64,000 nt of DNA from Eledone cirrhosa (taxonomy: Eukaryota), in contig OZ024742.1 of NCBI GenBank assembly GCA_964016885.1, positions 76,384,001 through 76,448,000 of the forward strand. Direction: 5' to 3'. Under the pieces are notes generated by a model, which was not told the DNA's origin, did no database searches, and was given only the letters and a program-made list of their open reading frames with translations. This document shows, one piece after another, positions 1 to 13,899 of the stretch; positions within the stretch are counted from its first letter, which is position 1, and each line of letters opens with the position of its first letter. The position numbers and the translations under genes are program-made.

Positions 1-174
1 GAGAGACCAAACATTAATTTATAGCAGTTAAGCTACAAAACACATACCATTTTGTGTAACGTCAGGGAAAAGTCCATTGCCTCATAGCACAAGACATGAA
101 AGAAACAGAGAAAAAGGGAGAAAAAAGACAGGAAGAATGAAGTAAGATATTGTATTATATATGTCAATATATAT

Positions 175-547
175 ATTTGGGTGGCCCTTATTTTTCAAAT
201 TTCTAATTGTTTAGCTCCCACACGGCCATCTTATTTCAATCAACAAAATACCAATCTATGCAAAACTTTAGCTCAAGCAGACAACTACAAAACGACCCTC
301 ATGGAACGTGAAATTGTGAAGTTTTCGCCCGGAAAGTCATTTTTTTTTTTTAGATAAAAACTTTTTATCTCTTATATAATTTTCTCTGAAACCAAAAACT
401 TCAGACATATTCTTGGTATTGAATGGGGAAGGCAACTTGCAAAGGTGGGGCCAGAGCGGGGGTATAGGGCAAACACCTATTTTTCGCAGTGGAAGCAGCA
501 ACATTTTAACTTTCGGAAAATTATATATTGGTAAGGCCACCATAATA
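175..547. mobile_element. Possible small non-autonomous DNA transposon (GGTGGCC termini); a related 3' end lies at ~1250-1312
   Basis: Begins ...gggtggccc and ends ggccacc in TA-rich flanks. A similar end (cagcaaaatgttaactttcagaaaatt...ggccaccc) recurs at ~1260-1310. Confidence 0.35.
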
Positions 548-605
548 TATATAGGTCACCCTAATATACTTATGTGCTTGACAGCTGAGAGAAATGAGTA
601 CTATA

Positions 606-642
<37 letters not shown>

Positions 643-1539
643 TCTCCTTACTATCCTTGCATTCATATTTCTCCTTGCTCCACTTTTAGCATTGTATTTG
701 TATATAAACAAGTACATAGATACAAGGAGAAAGGTAGAGTAATGAGAAAAGAAGAGCAACGAGAAAAGGAGAGCAATGAGAGCAATGGGAAAGGGAGAGC
801 AATGAGAAGAGGAGAAAACCGTAAAACATACCCAACTCTTATGCAAATGTAATGTTCAATATTCAGTGTTCAGTGTTCACATAATGTTTTTGATTCTATG
901 GAAATTATTGTTGTAAATAAAAATGGGTTTCCTTATAGAAGTTGTGTGCGTTATTAAATAAAACCTAATAATTCTTAAAGTTTTTCATGTTATTTCAGGA
1001 ATTTTTCAAATTAACTATACGTAAACTTGATTCAGAACGTTTCTAAACATTTTCTGGTGTTGCGTGGATGTGTCCACATACATTTCTCTAAGAAGAAGAG
1101 ATAGGGAACATTATACCGCTTTTGAACAGAATTAATTGTTGCGTATACTAGGTTCCAACCTCATGGGGGTTTGATGGTCATCCAAACAATTGTCCAATTG
1201 AGCTGAAATTTTGCACACCCCGTCTGTTTGTCGATTGGAACAGGATTAGTGGATGGGGGCAGCAAAATGTTAACTTTCAGAAAATTTCCAATTGCTAGTG
1301 GCCACCCTTATATATATAACCCTTATATATATATATATATATATACATATTGATATACGTATTGAAATACATATTCCGCTAGCGCTTCGCTGACATATAA
1401 TATAAAAGCAGGTGATAACACGTGACATCATAGGAGGTGGTCGTCAAATAGCTAACTCTTGGTAGGAAAGGATTTTGTTGCCGTCATAACCACGGACACA
1501 CACAAACACAAACACGCACACACGCACGCACGCACAAAC

Positions 1540-1646
<107 letters not shown>

Positions 1647-2366
1647 AAATGTAAACAGAAATACATATATACTCATATTAGGGTATGATTCTGATTTGAG
1701 ATGGACATATTTTGAAATCACAATGAAAACATCCGGAACGAGATATGCAACCGATTATCCATGTGACGTTACCAGCAATTCAACATGTGAAGGTATGTGT
1801 GGATTTGAGTGATATATAGATTCTCGTTTCAATAATTACACACTATATCAGGTATCATATTGAATCAACAGGATATAAGTTTCGCCTTAAATATATGTTT
1901 GTGTGTACTTGGCTGTCTATATATCCATTCAAATCGTTTCACTCTCAATGTTTTCATTATCTCTGTCTTTATATGTACTTTCATATAGTTCTACATAGAT
2001 GAATATGAACACATACATGTACACACGCACACACACACACACACACTAACACTCACACATACGCTCACACATAAACACACACACGCTCATACATAAACAC
2101 ACACACGCTCACACACACAGTCGCACACACACCCACATACACACACGCACACACATATATATATGTACATATATATGGATGTAAATAGGCTGTACCATAT
2201 TTATGTATGTACATACGTTAATAAATATGCGAACATGTGTTATATAGGAATGCATTCAAAGGCATACAAATGTATGGTTCTATGGAATAAACATGATTTG
2301 GATCGGCTTACACAAACGCACATACACATACACGCACACGCATATGTGTGTGTTTGTATATATATA

Positions 2367-2439
<73 letters not shown>

Positions 2440-2442
2440 GTG

Positions 2443-2508
<66 letters not shown>

Positions 2509-2758
2509 TGTATGTATATATATATATTATTAAGTGTAAGGAATTCTTTTACAATAGAATTAGCTCGAAGGAGGAAAATACTCCTGAGCCGTGTATAAAC
2601 TAATATATATGATGAAACACAGATACCAACACATCTGTATATATATTGCAAAAGAAAATTTAGCCAGGATGAAAGATACTAATTATTATACTACAGTTTG
2701 TCCATATCGATTTAAAATAATAAATCAACAAAGACGAACTGCATTGCCAAAAGGCTAT

Positions 2759-2886
2759 GATGTTTAGACACATTTAAATTTCAAAATCAAACCTGTTCCG
2801 TAGATAAGTTTAAACTTTAAAATCCAAATATGTTTCGAGATAAATAAGTGTAGGAATATCATGTTCTGCTCTCCTCAGTAAACATC
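2759..2886 (-). ncRNA. Type I hammerhead ribozyme, copy 1 (predicted cut between 2767 and 2766)
   Basis: Minus strand reads GATGTTTA-CTGAGGA-GAG...CTC-GAAA-CATATTTGGATTTTAAAG...TTTTGAAATTTAAATGT-GTC-TAAACATC. This gives an 8-bp stem I, an intact core, a long stem III and a GUC site. Confidence 0.88.
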
Positions 2887-3271
2887 CAGGGACAAATTGA
2901 TATGCTTCGCTTCTAAATAATTTAAAAGACTGTGTGACGCACATGGTTTAACAGTTTCTGGCTAGTCTCATAACCGTACTGCTAGAAATAACAGTCGTAT
3001 ATATGAGGCGGCTTTCAGCTCAGACTAGGAGCAGTTATATTATTAAGTGTAAGGAATTCATTTAAAATGGAATTAGCTCAAAGGAGGAAAATACCCCTGA
3101 GCCGTGTATAAACTAATATATATGATGAAACACAGATACCAACACATCTGTATATATATTGCAAAAGAAAATTTAGCCAGAATGAAAGATACTAATTATT
3201 ATACTACAGTTTGTCCATATCGATTTAAAATAATAAATCAACAAAGACGAACTGCATTGCCAAAAGGCTAT

Positions 3272-3399
3272 GATGTTTAGACACATTTAAATTTCAAAAT
3301 CAAACCTGTTCCGTAGATAAGTTTAAACTTTAAAATCCAAATATGTTTCGAGATAAATAAGTGTAGGAATATCATGTCCTGCTCTCCTCAGTAAACATC
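3272..3399 (-). ncRNA. Type I hammerhead ribozyme, copy 2
   Basis: Same motif as copy 1, shifted by 513. Confidence 0.88.
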
Positions 3400-3784
3400 C
3401 AGGGACAAATTGATATGCTTCACTTCTAAATAATTTAAAAGACTGTGTGACGCACATGGTTTAACAGTTTCTGGCTAGTCTCATAACCGTACTGCTAGAA
3501 ATAACAGTCGTATATATGAGGCGGCTTTCAGCTCAGACTAGGAGCAGTTATATTATTAAGTGTAAGGAATTCATTTAAAATGGAATTAGCTCAAAGGAGG
3601 AAAATACCCCTGAGCCGTGTATAAACTAATATATATGATGAAACACAGATACCAACACATCTGTATATATATTGCAAAAGAAAATTTAGCCAGAATGAAA
3701 GATACTAATTATTATACTACAGTTTGTCCATATCGATTTAAAATAATAAATCAACAAAGACGAACTGCATTGCCAAAAGGCTAT

Positions 3785-3912
3785 GATGTTTAGACACATT
3801 TAAATTTCAAAATCAAACCTGTTCCGTAGATAAGTTTAAACTTTAAAATCCAAATATATTTCGAGATAAATAAGTGTAGGAATATCATGTTCTGCTCTCC
3901 TCAGTAAACATC
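3785..3912 (-). ncRNA. Type I hammerhead ribozyme, copy 3
   Basis: Same motif shifted by 1026. GAAAC is GAAAT here, so the first C-G pair of stem III becomes U-G. Confidence 0.8.
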
Positions 3913-4022
3913 CAGGGACAAATTGATATGCTTCACTTCTAAATAATTTAAAAGACTGTGTGACGCACATGGTTTAATAGTTTCTGGCTAGTCTCATAAC
4001 CGTACTGCTAGAAATAACAGTC

Positions 4023-4111
4023 GTATAATAATTAGTATCTTTCATTCTGGCTAAATTTTCTTTTGCAATATATATACAGACGTGTTGGTATCTGTGTTCC
4101 ATCATATATAT

Positions 4112-4120
<9 letters not shown>
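4023..4120 (+). repeat. Inverted ~98-bp fragment of the 513-bp unit capping the array
   Basis: Reverse complement of ~3619-3717. The junction shares gtata. Confidence 0.9.
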
Positions 4121-4143
<23 letters not shown>

Positions 4144-4449
4144 CAGTCACCAATACCATGACCTTACCATTCAAGTAAGTCTGATATTTGATTTCGGAGT
4201 CAGAGAAACATTTCAAACGCCCGTTTGATTTGTCCAGGTCTATATTTCTCAACCTGATTAGTTTTTTCGTTCACTTTGGTACATATTGTATGTTGGTTTA
4301 GCCTACCACAATGTTCGATTTGTCAAGCTATTTAAACGTATGTTATAACTCTGAGACCTATCTTATCAAGTGCTTTGCTAACACATCACTTCATATAAGT
4401 AGGCCGAATTTACTTGCAAACCGCCAGAGATTCGATTTTACTGATTTCC

Positions 4450-4512
<63 letters not shown>

Positions 4513-4515
<3 letters not shown>

Positions 4516-5371
4516 AGAGGGATAAAGAGACGATTATTAGGAAGACAAATATATTTTTTTCCTTTTTGTTTCTCCCTCTCTCTTTTCTGGGTTAGAAAAT
4601 GATTAAAACGAAATGTTTTACTTTGTGTGAAGTCTTAAGGTATTAGTTGATTTATTTATTATTTAACAATGGCATTTATTTATCTATTTAAATATTTAAT
4701 TATTGTCTAATACCTGTTTCAGCCTTTTTATGCATTATTAAATGATAGTGTAATGTATTAGTGTGGTGTCGCACATGTTAAACAGAAGGTGCAGAAAGAA
4801 TAATGGTATTTACAAACAAGGTTTATGAAGTGAAAAGAAAAACGAAAAAGGAAAAAAATACCTGCATAATGTAGAACACGAAAAGTCAATGTGGAAGAAC
4901 AAATAATGTTATTTACAAGCATAGTTATTGAAATTAAGCAGATCAATGAGTTAATATAGCAAAAGTGCTTAGTTGATCCATGATTCCGTGATGGAGGCAA
5001 ATGGTGGACTGGGGCTTAATATGATTTCCCTTTTTAGAGAGTTAATATGCAGGGGGAAGCAATTCTTGCTGGATGATATTTAATTTATTTAAGAAAAAGG
5101 ATTAGGTTGGGTGTGCGACAGCACACTAATACATTTCACTATCATTTGATAATGCATAAAAATGCTGAAACCGGTAATAGACAATAATTAAATATATAAA
5201 TAGATACATAAATGACATTGTTAAATAAGAAATAAATCAACTAATACCTTAACACATCACACAGAGTAAAACATTTCGTTTTAATCATTTTCTAACCCAG
5301 AAAAAAGAGAGAGAAACAAAAAAAAGGAAAAAAATATACTTTTCTTCCTAATAATCGCCTCTTTCTCCCTA

Positions 5372-5376
<5 letters not shown>
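4513..5376. mobile_element. MITE-like element with ~260-bp imperfect terminal inverted repeats, set in (TA)n
   Basis: 4513-4774 is the imperfect reverse complement of 5112-5376 (e.g. ttctgggttagaaaatgattaaaacgaaatg / catttcgttttaatcattttctaacccagaa). Confidence 0.7.
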
Positions 5377-5418
<42 letters not shown>

Positions 5419-5494
5419 CGAAGGAAATGTGGTAAGGAACCAGGTGGACCATAACGCACCAAAGTACTCAATACTTGAGGTAGTAGAGTGGGTA

Positions 5495-5607
5495 ATAGGA
5501 ACCAGTAAGACCCCGACAGCTGAGCTCAAGCCGTTTCGACGGCTAATTCTGGACTCAGAATTAGCCGTCGAAACGGCTTGAGCTCAGCTGTCGGGGTCTT
5601 ACTGGTT

Positions 5608-5612
<5 letters not shown>
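5495..5612. repeat. Perfect 57-bp-arm inverted repeat with a 4-nt loop, ending a short repeat element (5416-5612)
   Basis: 5495-5551 is the exact reverse complement of 5556-5612. The loop is gact. Confidence 0.95.
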
Positions 5613-5666
<54 letters not shown>

Positions 5667-5702
5667 TAACTCGTGTGCTTTGTCACCACATTTTATTATT
5701 AT

Positions 5703-5818
<116 letters not shown>

Positions 5819-5849
5819 TGTGTGTGTTTGTGTGTGTTTGTGTGTGTGT

Positions 5850-6190
5850 GAAGGCGCATGGCTTAGTGGTTAGAGTATTGTGTTTGCTATTGGAAATTTG
5901 TGAGTTCGATTCTCAACCAGGTGATACCTTGTATCCTTGAACAAGAAACTTTACTACCCGTTGCTCCAGTTTACTCAACTGTAGAAACGAGTTGCGCCTT
6001 CAATGATGTCAAGCTGTATCGGTCATGCCTTTCCCTTTAACATCATTGCTGGCGTGCTGAGGGAAGGCTCGTTTTATATGGGCGACTGCTGGTCATCCTC
6101 AAACAACCTTGCCCGGACTTGTGCCTCGAAGAGAAACTTTCTATCTGCAAATCCCATGGCCATTCGTGACCGAAGGTGAACTGTACCTTA
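5850..6190 (+). mobile_element. tRNA-derived SINE
   Basis: A box TGGCTTAGTGG and B box GAGTTCGATTC, followed by a SINE core-like tgtatccttgaacaagaaacttt. Confidence 0.7.
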
Positions 6191-6232
6191 TGTATATAAG
6201 CAATACACACACACACATATATATATATATAT

Positions 6233-6491
6233 AAAGTCAGCTCAAAAGTGACACAGAGGAGACTGAGGTTAGCTGGACATGCTCACCGACATCCAGAGTT
6301 GACATTGCACTCAGTACTCCTTTGGGAGCCCCTAAATGGACACACTAGAAGAGGAAGACCAAGGTTAACGTATGTTGATGCCCTAAGGACAGACACTGGT
6401 CTGTTGGAGATGCAGGACATGGCAGTGATAATGAGGGACAGAGACCGCTGGAGAGAACTCGTCCATGGATCTCGGGAATTTTACCCGCCTT

Positions 6492-6495
<4 letters not shown>
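6233..6495 (+). mobile_element. 5'-truncated 3' end of an RTE-like LINE in (TA)n
   Basis: [12 protein letters not shown]...LLWEP..G..RRGRPR.TYVD, a typical RTE-type C-terminus. Closely similar to the reverse complement of 53951-54210. Confidence 0.8.
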
Positions 6496-6522
<27 letters not shown>

Positions 6523-6528
<6 letters not shown>

Positions 6529-7149
6529 GTGTGTCAGAAAAGTTCCAGGACTGATGTCACAAAAGATTTATTTCAAACCCTAACTTCACACTTAGAGTTT
6601 TATCCTTCAAAGTAATGCCCCTGGCGTATGTAACTATAATATTAGTTCTCTGCAGCGATCAAACTTTTTTCTTCATAAATTTATATAAATGGTCTCTGTT
6701 TCAGGTCGTCAAGCAATGAGCACAGAGCAACGAACACACTTGAAAGCTCCGTCAGAAGCACTTGGATTGCTGTAGCATGTTAATGGAGATGAGACGATGT
6801 CACGCTCACGTGTTTTTTAGTGGTGCAAGAGGTTTAAAGAAGGACGCGAGGACGTGGAAGATGACCCCCAGGAGCGGAAGGCCCTCAACAACCAGGACTG
6901 ACGTCAACGTTTTGAAACCGAACCAGACTTGCTAGGGACGGACGACATCAAAAGGCCGTGACGACGGAACTGCGGAGGAGCCCGGAAAAATCCTTCCAGC
7001 AGTGCATGCAAACGTGGGAGAAATGTATGGAAAATGTGCATTAGACTGCAGGGGGATTATTTTAAAGGAGAAAACTGTCAGTGTGAAGTTTGTGTTTGAA
7101 ATGAATCTTTTGTGCCATCAGTTCTGGAACTTTTCAGACCCACCTTGTA
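6523..7149 (+). mobile_element. Internally deleted mariner-family transposon
   Basis: ~55-bp TIRs (gaggtgtgtcagaaaagttccaggactgatg / catcagttctggaacttttcagacccacctt) with TA flanks. Degenerate transposase pieces MSRSRVF.WCKRFKEGREDVEDD..RSGRPST and C...GDYF. Confidence 0.85.
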
Positions 7150-7210
7150 TATATATATATATATGTATATATCCAGGGGTGTAACCAGGAGTTACTGGAG
7201 GGTCTACCCG

Positions 7211-7870
<660 letters not shown>

Positions 7871-10544
7871 ATGCGTCCGTTCTCATTCATACTCAATTCT
7901 CGGACACGTACACACATACATACGCATATATCAATTTACATGTATTTGTTAAATGTATTTTCTACTTCCGCTCCATCAAATGTCATGTTTATTTAAAGAA
8001 TGATTCTCACTTGTTTATATTCCATTATATTCTTCAAATACTTTACTTTTCAATAAAAATGTGCCTTCCTCGATCATGCTTCATCGTTTTTCTTTCAATT
8101 ATATATATATATATGTGTGTGTGTATATATATATACATATATGTGTGTGTATGTGTGTGTGTATGTATGTGTGTCTGTGCGTGTCTGCGTGTGATTCTCT
8201 GTCTAAGAGTGTGTGAGTGTGTGTGTGCTTGTAGGTGTTATAGTTAATATTTCAGAATTATTGTGTATTCATTCTTTCTATTATAATAATGCTTTCCTTT
8301 TTAAGTGTTTTTAGCTTTAGTAATTTTATATAACTTACATAGACATTTGCGTAAACATCATTTTTTAAATATTTCGTGCTGATATTTACGTTGCTATTAC
8401 GTATTTATATAATTATTTCGTTTGTGGAATTTTACAATCTGCTGTGAATCAAACACTATTATTATAGTGAAATATATTAAAGAGGTATTTCCTTATTGCG
8501 CTTTGTAAATTTAACCACAAACTTAAAGGTTTCATGTTTCTTAAATATTTCCTGATAGAATTTCTCCTAGTAGTTTTATTTATACACTGATTTTGAAAAG
8601 TAGATATACGAATGCTCGTTCAATATTTACTGTTATATTTACTTAAAGGAGTTATATATAATCTGATATTCATACATCTGTTGAAGTGTGAACGAGAAAT
8701 TGAGGCATTGAAATATGTGTGCTGTTTTAAAAGACTTTGAATGTTTATACCATTTATTTATTTACTTATATTACATAGCATTTTTCTAACATATCTTCTT
8801 TGCTGCCACATTACAGAATTCTAGCCTGGCAACATATGTTTTACTGCATTTCCGAAGACTAAATTGCCAAGGGATTTTAATTTAATAGCTTTGTGAAACC
8901 AATAATGTGAAACTGACCTTCGTTTAAAAACATGGTTTAAACCTTTAGGGACGGGTTTCAAAAATCCTCTGGATATACATCTTTGCTAGCAGTACCCATG
9001 TGCATACTTTACATAGAAGCTGCTCTTATCAGAGGATGTTGGTTAATCCGAGGCTATAATAGATGACAGACGAACACAATAAATAATGTGTCAATGAATA
9101 TACCACCAGTAGGACATAAGGCGAAGCGTAAATCTTAAAGAACAGCCAAATGTTTGAATAAGCATTTTCAATTTTCAAAAATTCTCCGTGAGTTTCAATA
9201 ATGAGCTTTCAGTTGAATAACCAAACGTCTTCCGCGTTAAATTATCATCTATGTGACTTAGTATTCTGCAGGCACGTCTGCCATTAACACAATCCCAAAA
9301 TAGAGCACTCTGACCCAACATGTGACAATAGTTAATATTGAATAACAAACACAATCCAAAACGATGAGCTGTAAACCGTTTCTGTATATATCCAATTACA
9401 TTTCTATGACGTGGATTGATCCAATGATATGAGAATATCCCTTGCCCAAGATTTCAAGAACTTGGATCGAATCCGTTACACGAAGAAGCGATTTCCTTAA
9501 GTATACAATAATGCCTGCCTCAGTCAGATTGTACAATATCTATATAAATGTTAGTATTTAGAGTAAGAATCAATCACTCCTACATACTTTTCGAATGCAA
9601 TATACTATACACTCGAAAATATAAAGTAGCTGAAAACATAATTTTTATTGCTGATGTTGAAATGTACATTAAATACGCAATATTTAATACATTCTCCTTT
9701 CACATCGAATCTTGTTTCATTTAATCGGATTCACTAAAATATTTCTCACCAATAACAAATTATGCTTTATGGTTAAAATAAATAGGTCCTGAAAATTATA
9801 AGATTTCAAAATACACCGAAATATCTTTTGATTTTTAAGTAGAAACATTAAAGGTATGTTAACATTGAAAGGATATAAGACATTCCCTCATTCAAGTAAG
9901 ATAAATAAATAATAGTAATTTTAAAATTAATACAAACCTAATTTATTACCAAATATGATAATTAAGAAATCTGCAATTGTATTTGTACATTTTTTCAGTC
10001 CCCTAACATCCGTAAAGGTGCAGAAATACGTAACTCGATTGCTAATTAATTAGCAGGTGTTTAGTTTATCAACTTAGTGGGGAAGAGATGGGAGTTAACT
10101 TCGAAATAGTATGAATATACACAAGCAGAAAACGAAATACTAAAACACATTTATTATCGACTACAAACATCTAAATAGATACTTACATTGTCAAAATAGT
10201 ATCATCTAGATTTGCCTGGCATCATTCTTTATTTATTTATGTATGATAATATTAACGTAACTATTCACTATCGAAATATCAAATGATGGTCTGTGTGAGA
10301 AGAAAGTCTATTATCTTTGTAAAATTGTCTGCTTTTATCCTTCCAGCAATAGACAATTATCAATCTACGCTATATACAAAACAATGCAATTACTTTTCAA
10401 CGCAATAACTCACACAGTCATATATCTAATTAGACATAACAGTACCAGACATATAATTGTTCCCCTACCCCCAATTACACACGCTAGCTCATGCATACTA
10501 GCACCCGTACGTTAATTATCGATCTATTTATCAATCTCTCTCTC

Positions 10545-10644
<100 letters not shown>

Positions 10645-10697
10645 TCACTCTGTCTCACACAGACACACACTCTCTCTCCCTCTCCCCCTCTCTCTAG

Positions 10698-10736
<39 letters not shown>

Positions 10737-11129
10737 TATTTATATATATAAACATGTATGTGAGCGTGTGTGTGTATAGGCTTGTGTACGTGTGTTCGGT
10801 TATTGTGTTCTATATATGACATTTCATTTGAAATATATCTTACAAAAGCTCTTTGTTTTAGACCAGACATAATTATTTTTCAATTGAATGACATAACACA
10901 AGACAAGTGCCTCTGTGAAATTCCTTGTGTCCATTGATCTCTCTTTATAATGTCTAGACTTGAGCGACAATAGAAAAAATGATATTACATATGTTTAGAG
11001 TTAATGAGCAATAATAATGTTTACTATTAAGTATGTCTCGTGATATTTCTAAGGAACACTTTCTTCTCATAATCATATAAGCTTTTATCGAGAATCACAT
11101 CTATAATAACACGCCATCATTTTTTTCAT

Positions 11130-11345
11130 TTTACTTTGCCTTTCATCCTTACTGGGTCGATAAAATAAAGTACCAGTAATGCACTGGTTTATTGCTGGCC
11201 TTGTGCCAAAAGTAGAAACAATTATATCATTTACTTCCCGCCGAGGTTAACTTTGCCTTTCATCCTTTCGGGGTCAATAAAATAAAGTACAAGTAATGCA
11301 CTGGGTAATTGCTGGCCTTCTTCCAAACGTGGAAACAATTATTTC
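11130..11345 (+). mobile_element. Two tandem partial SINE bodies (same family as 52945 and 63060)
   Basis: ctttgcctttcatcct...gggtc.ataaaataaagtac.agtaatgcactgg occurs twice. Confidence 0.75.
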
Positions 11346-12133
11346 ATTTACTTCTTGTTTATTAATGTTAATCCACTGCCAAATTTAAAAGCGTGAAATA
11401 TGCCTTTAGTAAAATTTGTTAACCTCTAATCAACCCAACAATTTTATTTCATTTGGGATGTTATAATTTTATAAAACATGACTTTTTCTCCAAATTCAGA
11501 CTTTTTAGAACCATATAAGTTTTTCTATATTTGAACCTGGAATTATTTCAGCAGATGTGTTGAAATATGTTGAAAATAAATTAAATACGATGTTCATAAA
11601 CTTTTCTTCCAGCATCACACTCCGTAGAACATTTCTTTTCTTTAAATTAACATCCGTTTCCCCACCCCATCAACAACCAACCCACACCTAAAACATTGGT
11701 CTTGCGTCAAAATTAAGGACGAATCAATACCAATAGTGCATAGTATAGATATTCGAGCTTCATACTTTCATATGTTTTCTATATTCATCTATTCCCTCAC
11801 ATATACAGGATGGAGGATATGTGCGTTTTACTAGATATTTGTTTGATATCCAATTATATTTTACTCATAGCTTAATTGAGAATAATCACTGACGTTGTCA
11901 ATTACATATCTCCCGAGAAATGTATTTATTTTGATTTTTCTAATTTCCATTTCAGCACAACTCGTTTAAGGATGTCATGCGCCATGATTACTGCCAACAG
12001 GAAGAGCATATCTAATGTTTCATTTGCTTACATACAATTTCTATATATAAACGTATTCCATTTTTGTATTGCGTGTTTTATATTTAACCAGCATTTGATT
12101 GGATAAATTATACTAGTTCATTTCATGTGCTTC

Positions 12134-12178
<45 letters not shown>

Positions 12179-12944
12179 AGCTAAGATCCGTAAAAAATAT
12201 GTTTTTGTTAAGTCATAATATCGATATAGCTAATATGGATGCAATTAACAAAAACGCACTATTTCAAAATGTGGAAGACAAAAAAGTGAATGAATAATTT
12301 AGTCTGTAATATAGATAGCAGAAACGTATTAGGTTAGGCGCATTTATATATCCGTATATTATATAGAAATGGAGATTATTGTTGGTGTGTTAACATTCAG
12401 TGGTGATTCTTTGTATCACTAGCTGCAAAGAAATTCGTTTAACACCTAGTTTTCATTCAAGTTAACTGTGTGAATTGCAGTAAATAGAGACTCTGAAACG
12501 TAGGTCAAACAAGTTATGGGGTATAAGCAGTAATTCAAATTATAAACTAAATTGTGTGAGTGACCGTGTCGTTAGAGATTTTATATAGACTTGAGTAATA
12601 ACGGTAACATTATTTGAACATCATACCAAAATTGTGGCAGACGGATAAATCGTATGTTAAATGCACACAGCAAACACACACATGAACACATGCTCACAAG
12701 CAGATACACTTGCATTCATATATAAACATACAAACATTAGGTATAACACATATTCTTACCTAGTAGGTAATATACATACCATATCATATGCGAACGCATT
12801 AAACATGATTCTAAGATTAAGATAACTAATATGAAAGAAATGCTTAATAAATGTGTTTCAGGATCAGAAGTTGCCTATATATAATGTATATATATTTTAT
12901 ACATTCTGTATACAACCAAGGATGAAATGAAACTATGTCAACAA

Positions 12945-13090
12945 AGAAAGTGTGGTAAAGAACCAGTTGGACCATAAGCACCAGAGTATTAGGGTAGTAG
13001 AGTGGGTAACAAGAAAAGAGTAAGGACCCCGACGGCCGTTTCGACAGCTAGATCCAAACTGCGCAGCACTCGGCGTCCTGACTCTTTTCC

Positions 13091-13093
<3 letters not shown>
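12945..13093 (-). mobile_element. Short repeat related to 5416-5612, with a decayed minimal hammerhead
   Basis: Shares gtgtggtaa.gaaccag.tggaccataa and gtagtagagtgggtaa with 5416-5500. The minus strand has CGAAAC-GGCC-GTC, but the CUGANGA core is not intact. Confidence 0.5.
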
Positions 13094-13142
<49 letters not shown>

Positions 13143-13152
<10 letters not shown>

Positions 13153-13745
13153 GAGAGTATTGAAGTTTGCTTGAAGCATTGTGGAACAATAAGTAAATAT
13201 ATTTAAGTCGTTTGGAAGCCTCGACAATGCAAATGGGTAAATCTCCGGGTAACAAGGTCCGGTGGTGGAGAGAGAGAGATGTAAGTGGGTGTACGTTGAG
13301 ATGCGTGGTGTGTATAAGATGTGTGAGATGTGTAGAATGAAAGGAAGAGTATAAAGGATAAAATAGAAATAACAACACAGGAGAGAGTTACCTTGGGAGA
13401 GATTTAATAGTCCCTATATATTTCGGATTCACATCCATCAACTGGGTTTTTTTTTCCGAGGTGGGGGAAAAGGTTGTCTGTCGGACAAGTCCGGAACGCG
13501 TCCTTCGCTGTTTGTTGTTTTGATATTCAAAACAACAAACAGCGAAGGATACATGTGTGCGGGTGTACGGAGTGGGAATTTCAGGTGCAGTGTTGGCGAA
13601 CTTCAGGAGAGATGGATGTTTTAAATGTTGTAGAGTCTCGGCAGCTAACAACTGATGCAGGTGTCTTCCTACATGCTTCAGCAACTCTGAGCGGGAAAAA
13701 ATGTTTCATAATGGCATGGGAGCTGTGTTCTGTTCTGCCACAGCA
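13143..13745 (-). mobile_element. Possible degenerate Penelope-like 3'/pLTR remnant
   Basis: The minus strand has a decayed hammerhead-like TTGATGGATGTGAATCCGAAATATATAGGG followed by AGGTAAC. Weak resemblance to a GIY-YIG C-terminus only. Confidence 0.3.
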
Positions 13746-13754
13746 CACACAGAA

Positions 13755-13899
<145 letters not shown>

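Larger units (their letters stand above)
2523..4026 (-). repeat. Head-to-tail tandem repeat, 513-bp unit, ~2.9 copies, one hammerhead per unit (retrozyme / Penelope pLTR-like)
   Basis: taagtgtaaggaattc recurs at 2531, 3044 and 3557 (period 513). The units are nearly identical. Confidence 0.95.

Noticed and set aside
2523-4026. Tandem repeat as a CRISPR array or coding repeat
   Set aside because: No short repeat-spacer structure and no ORF; the context is eukaryotic.
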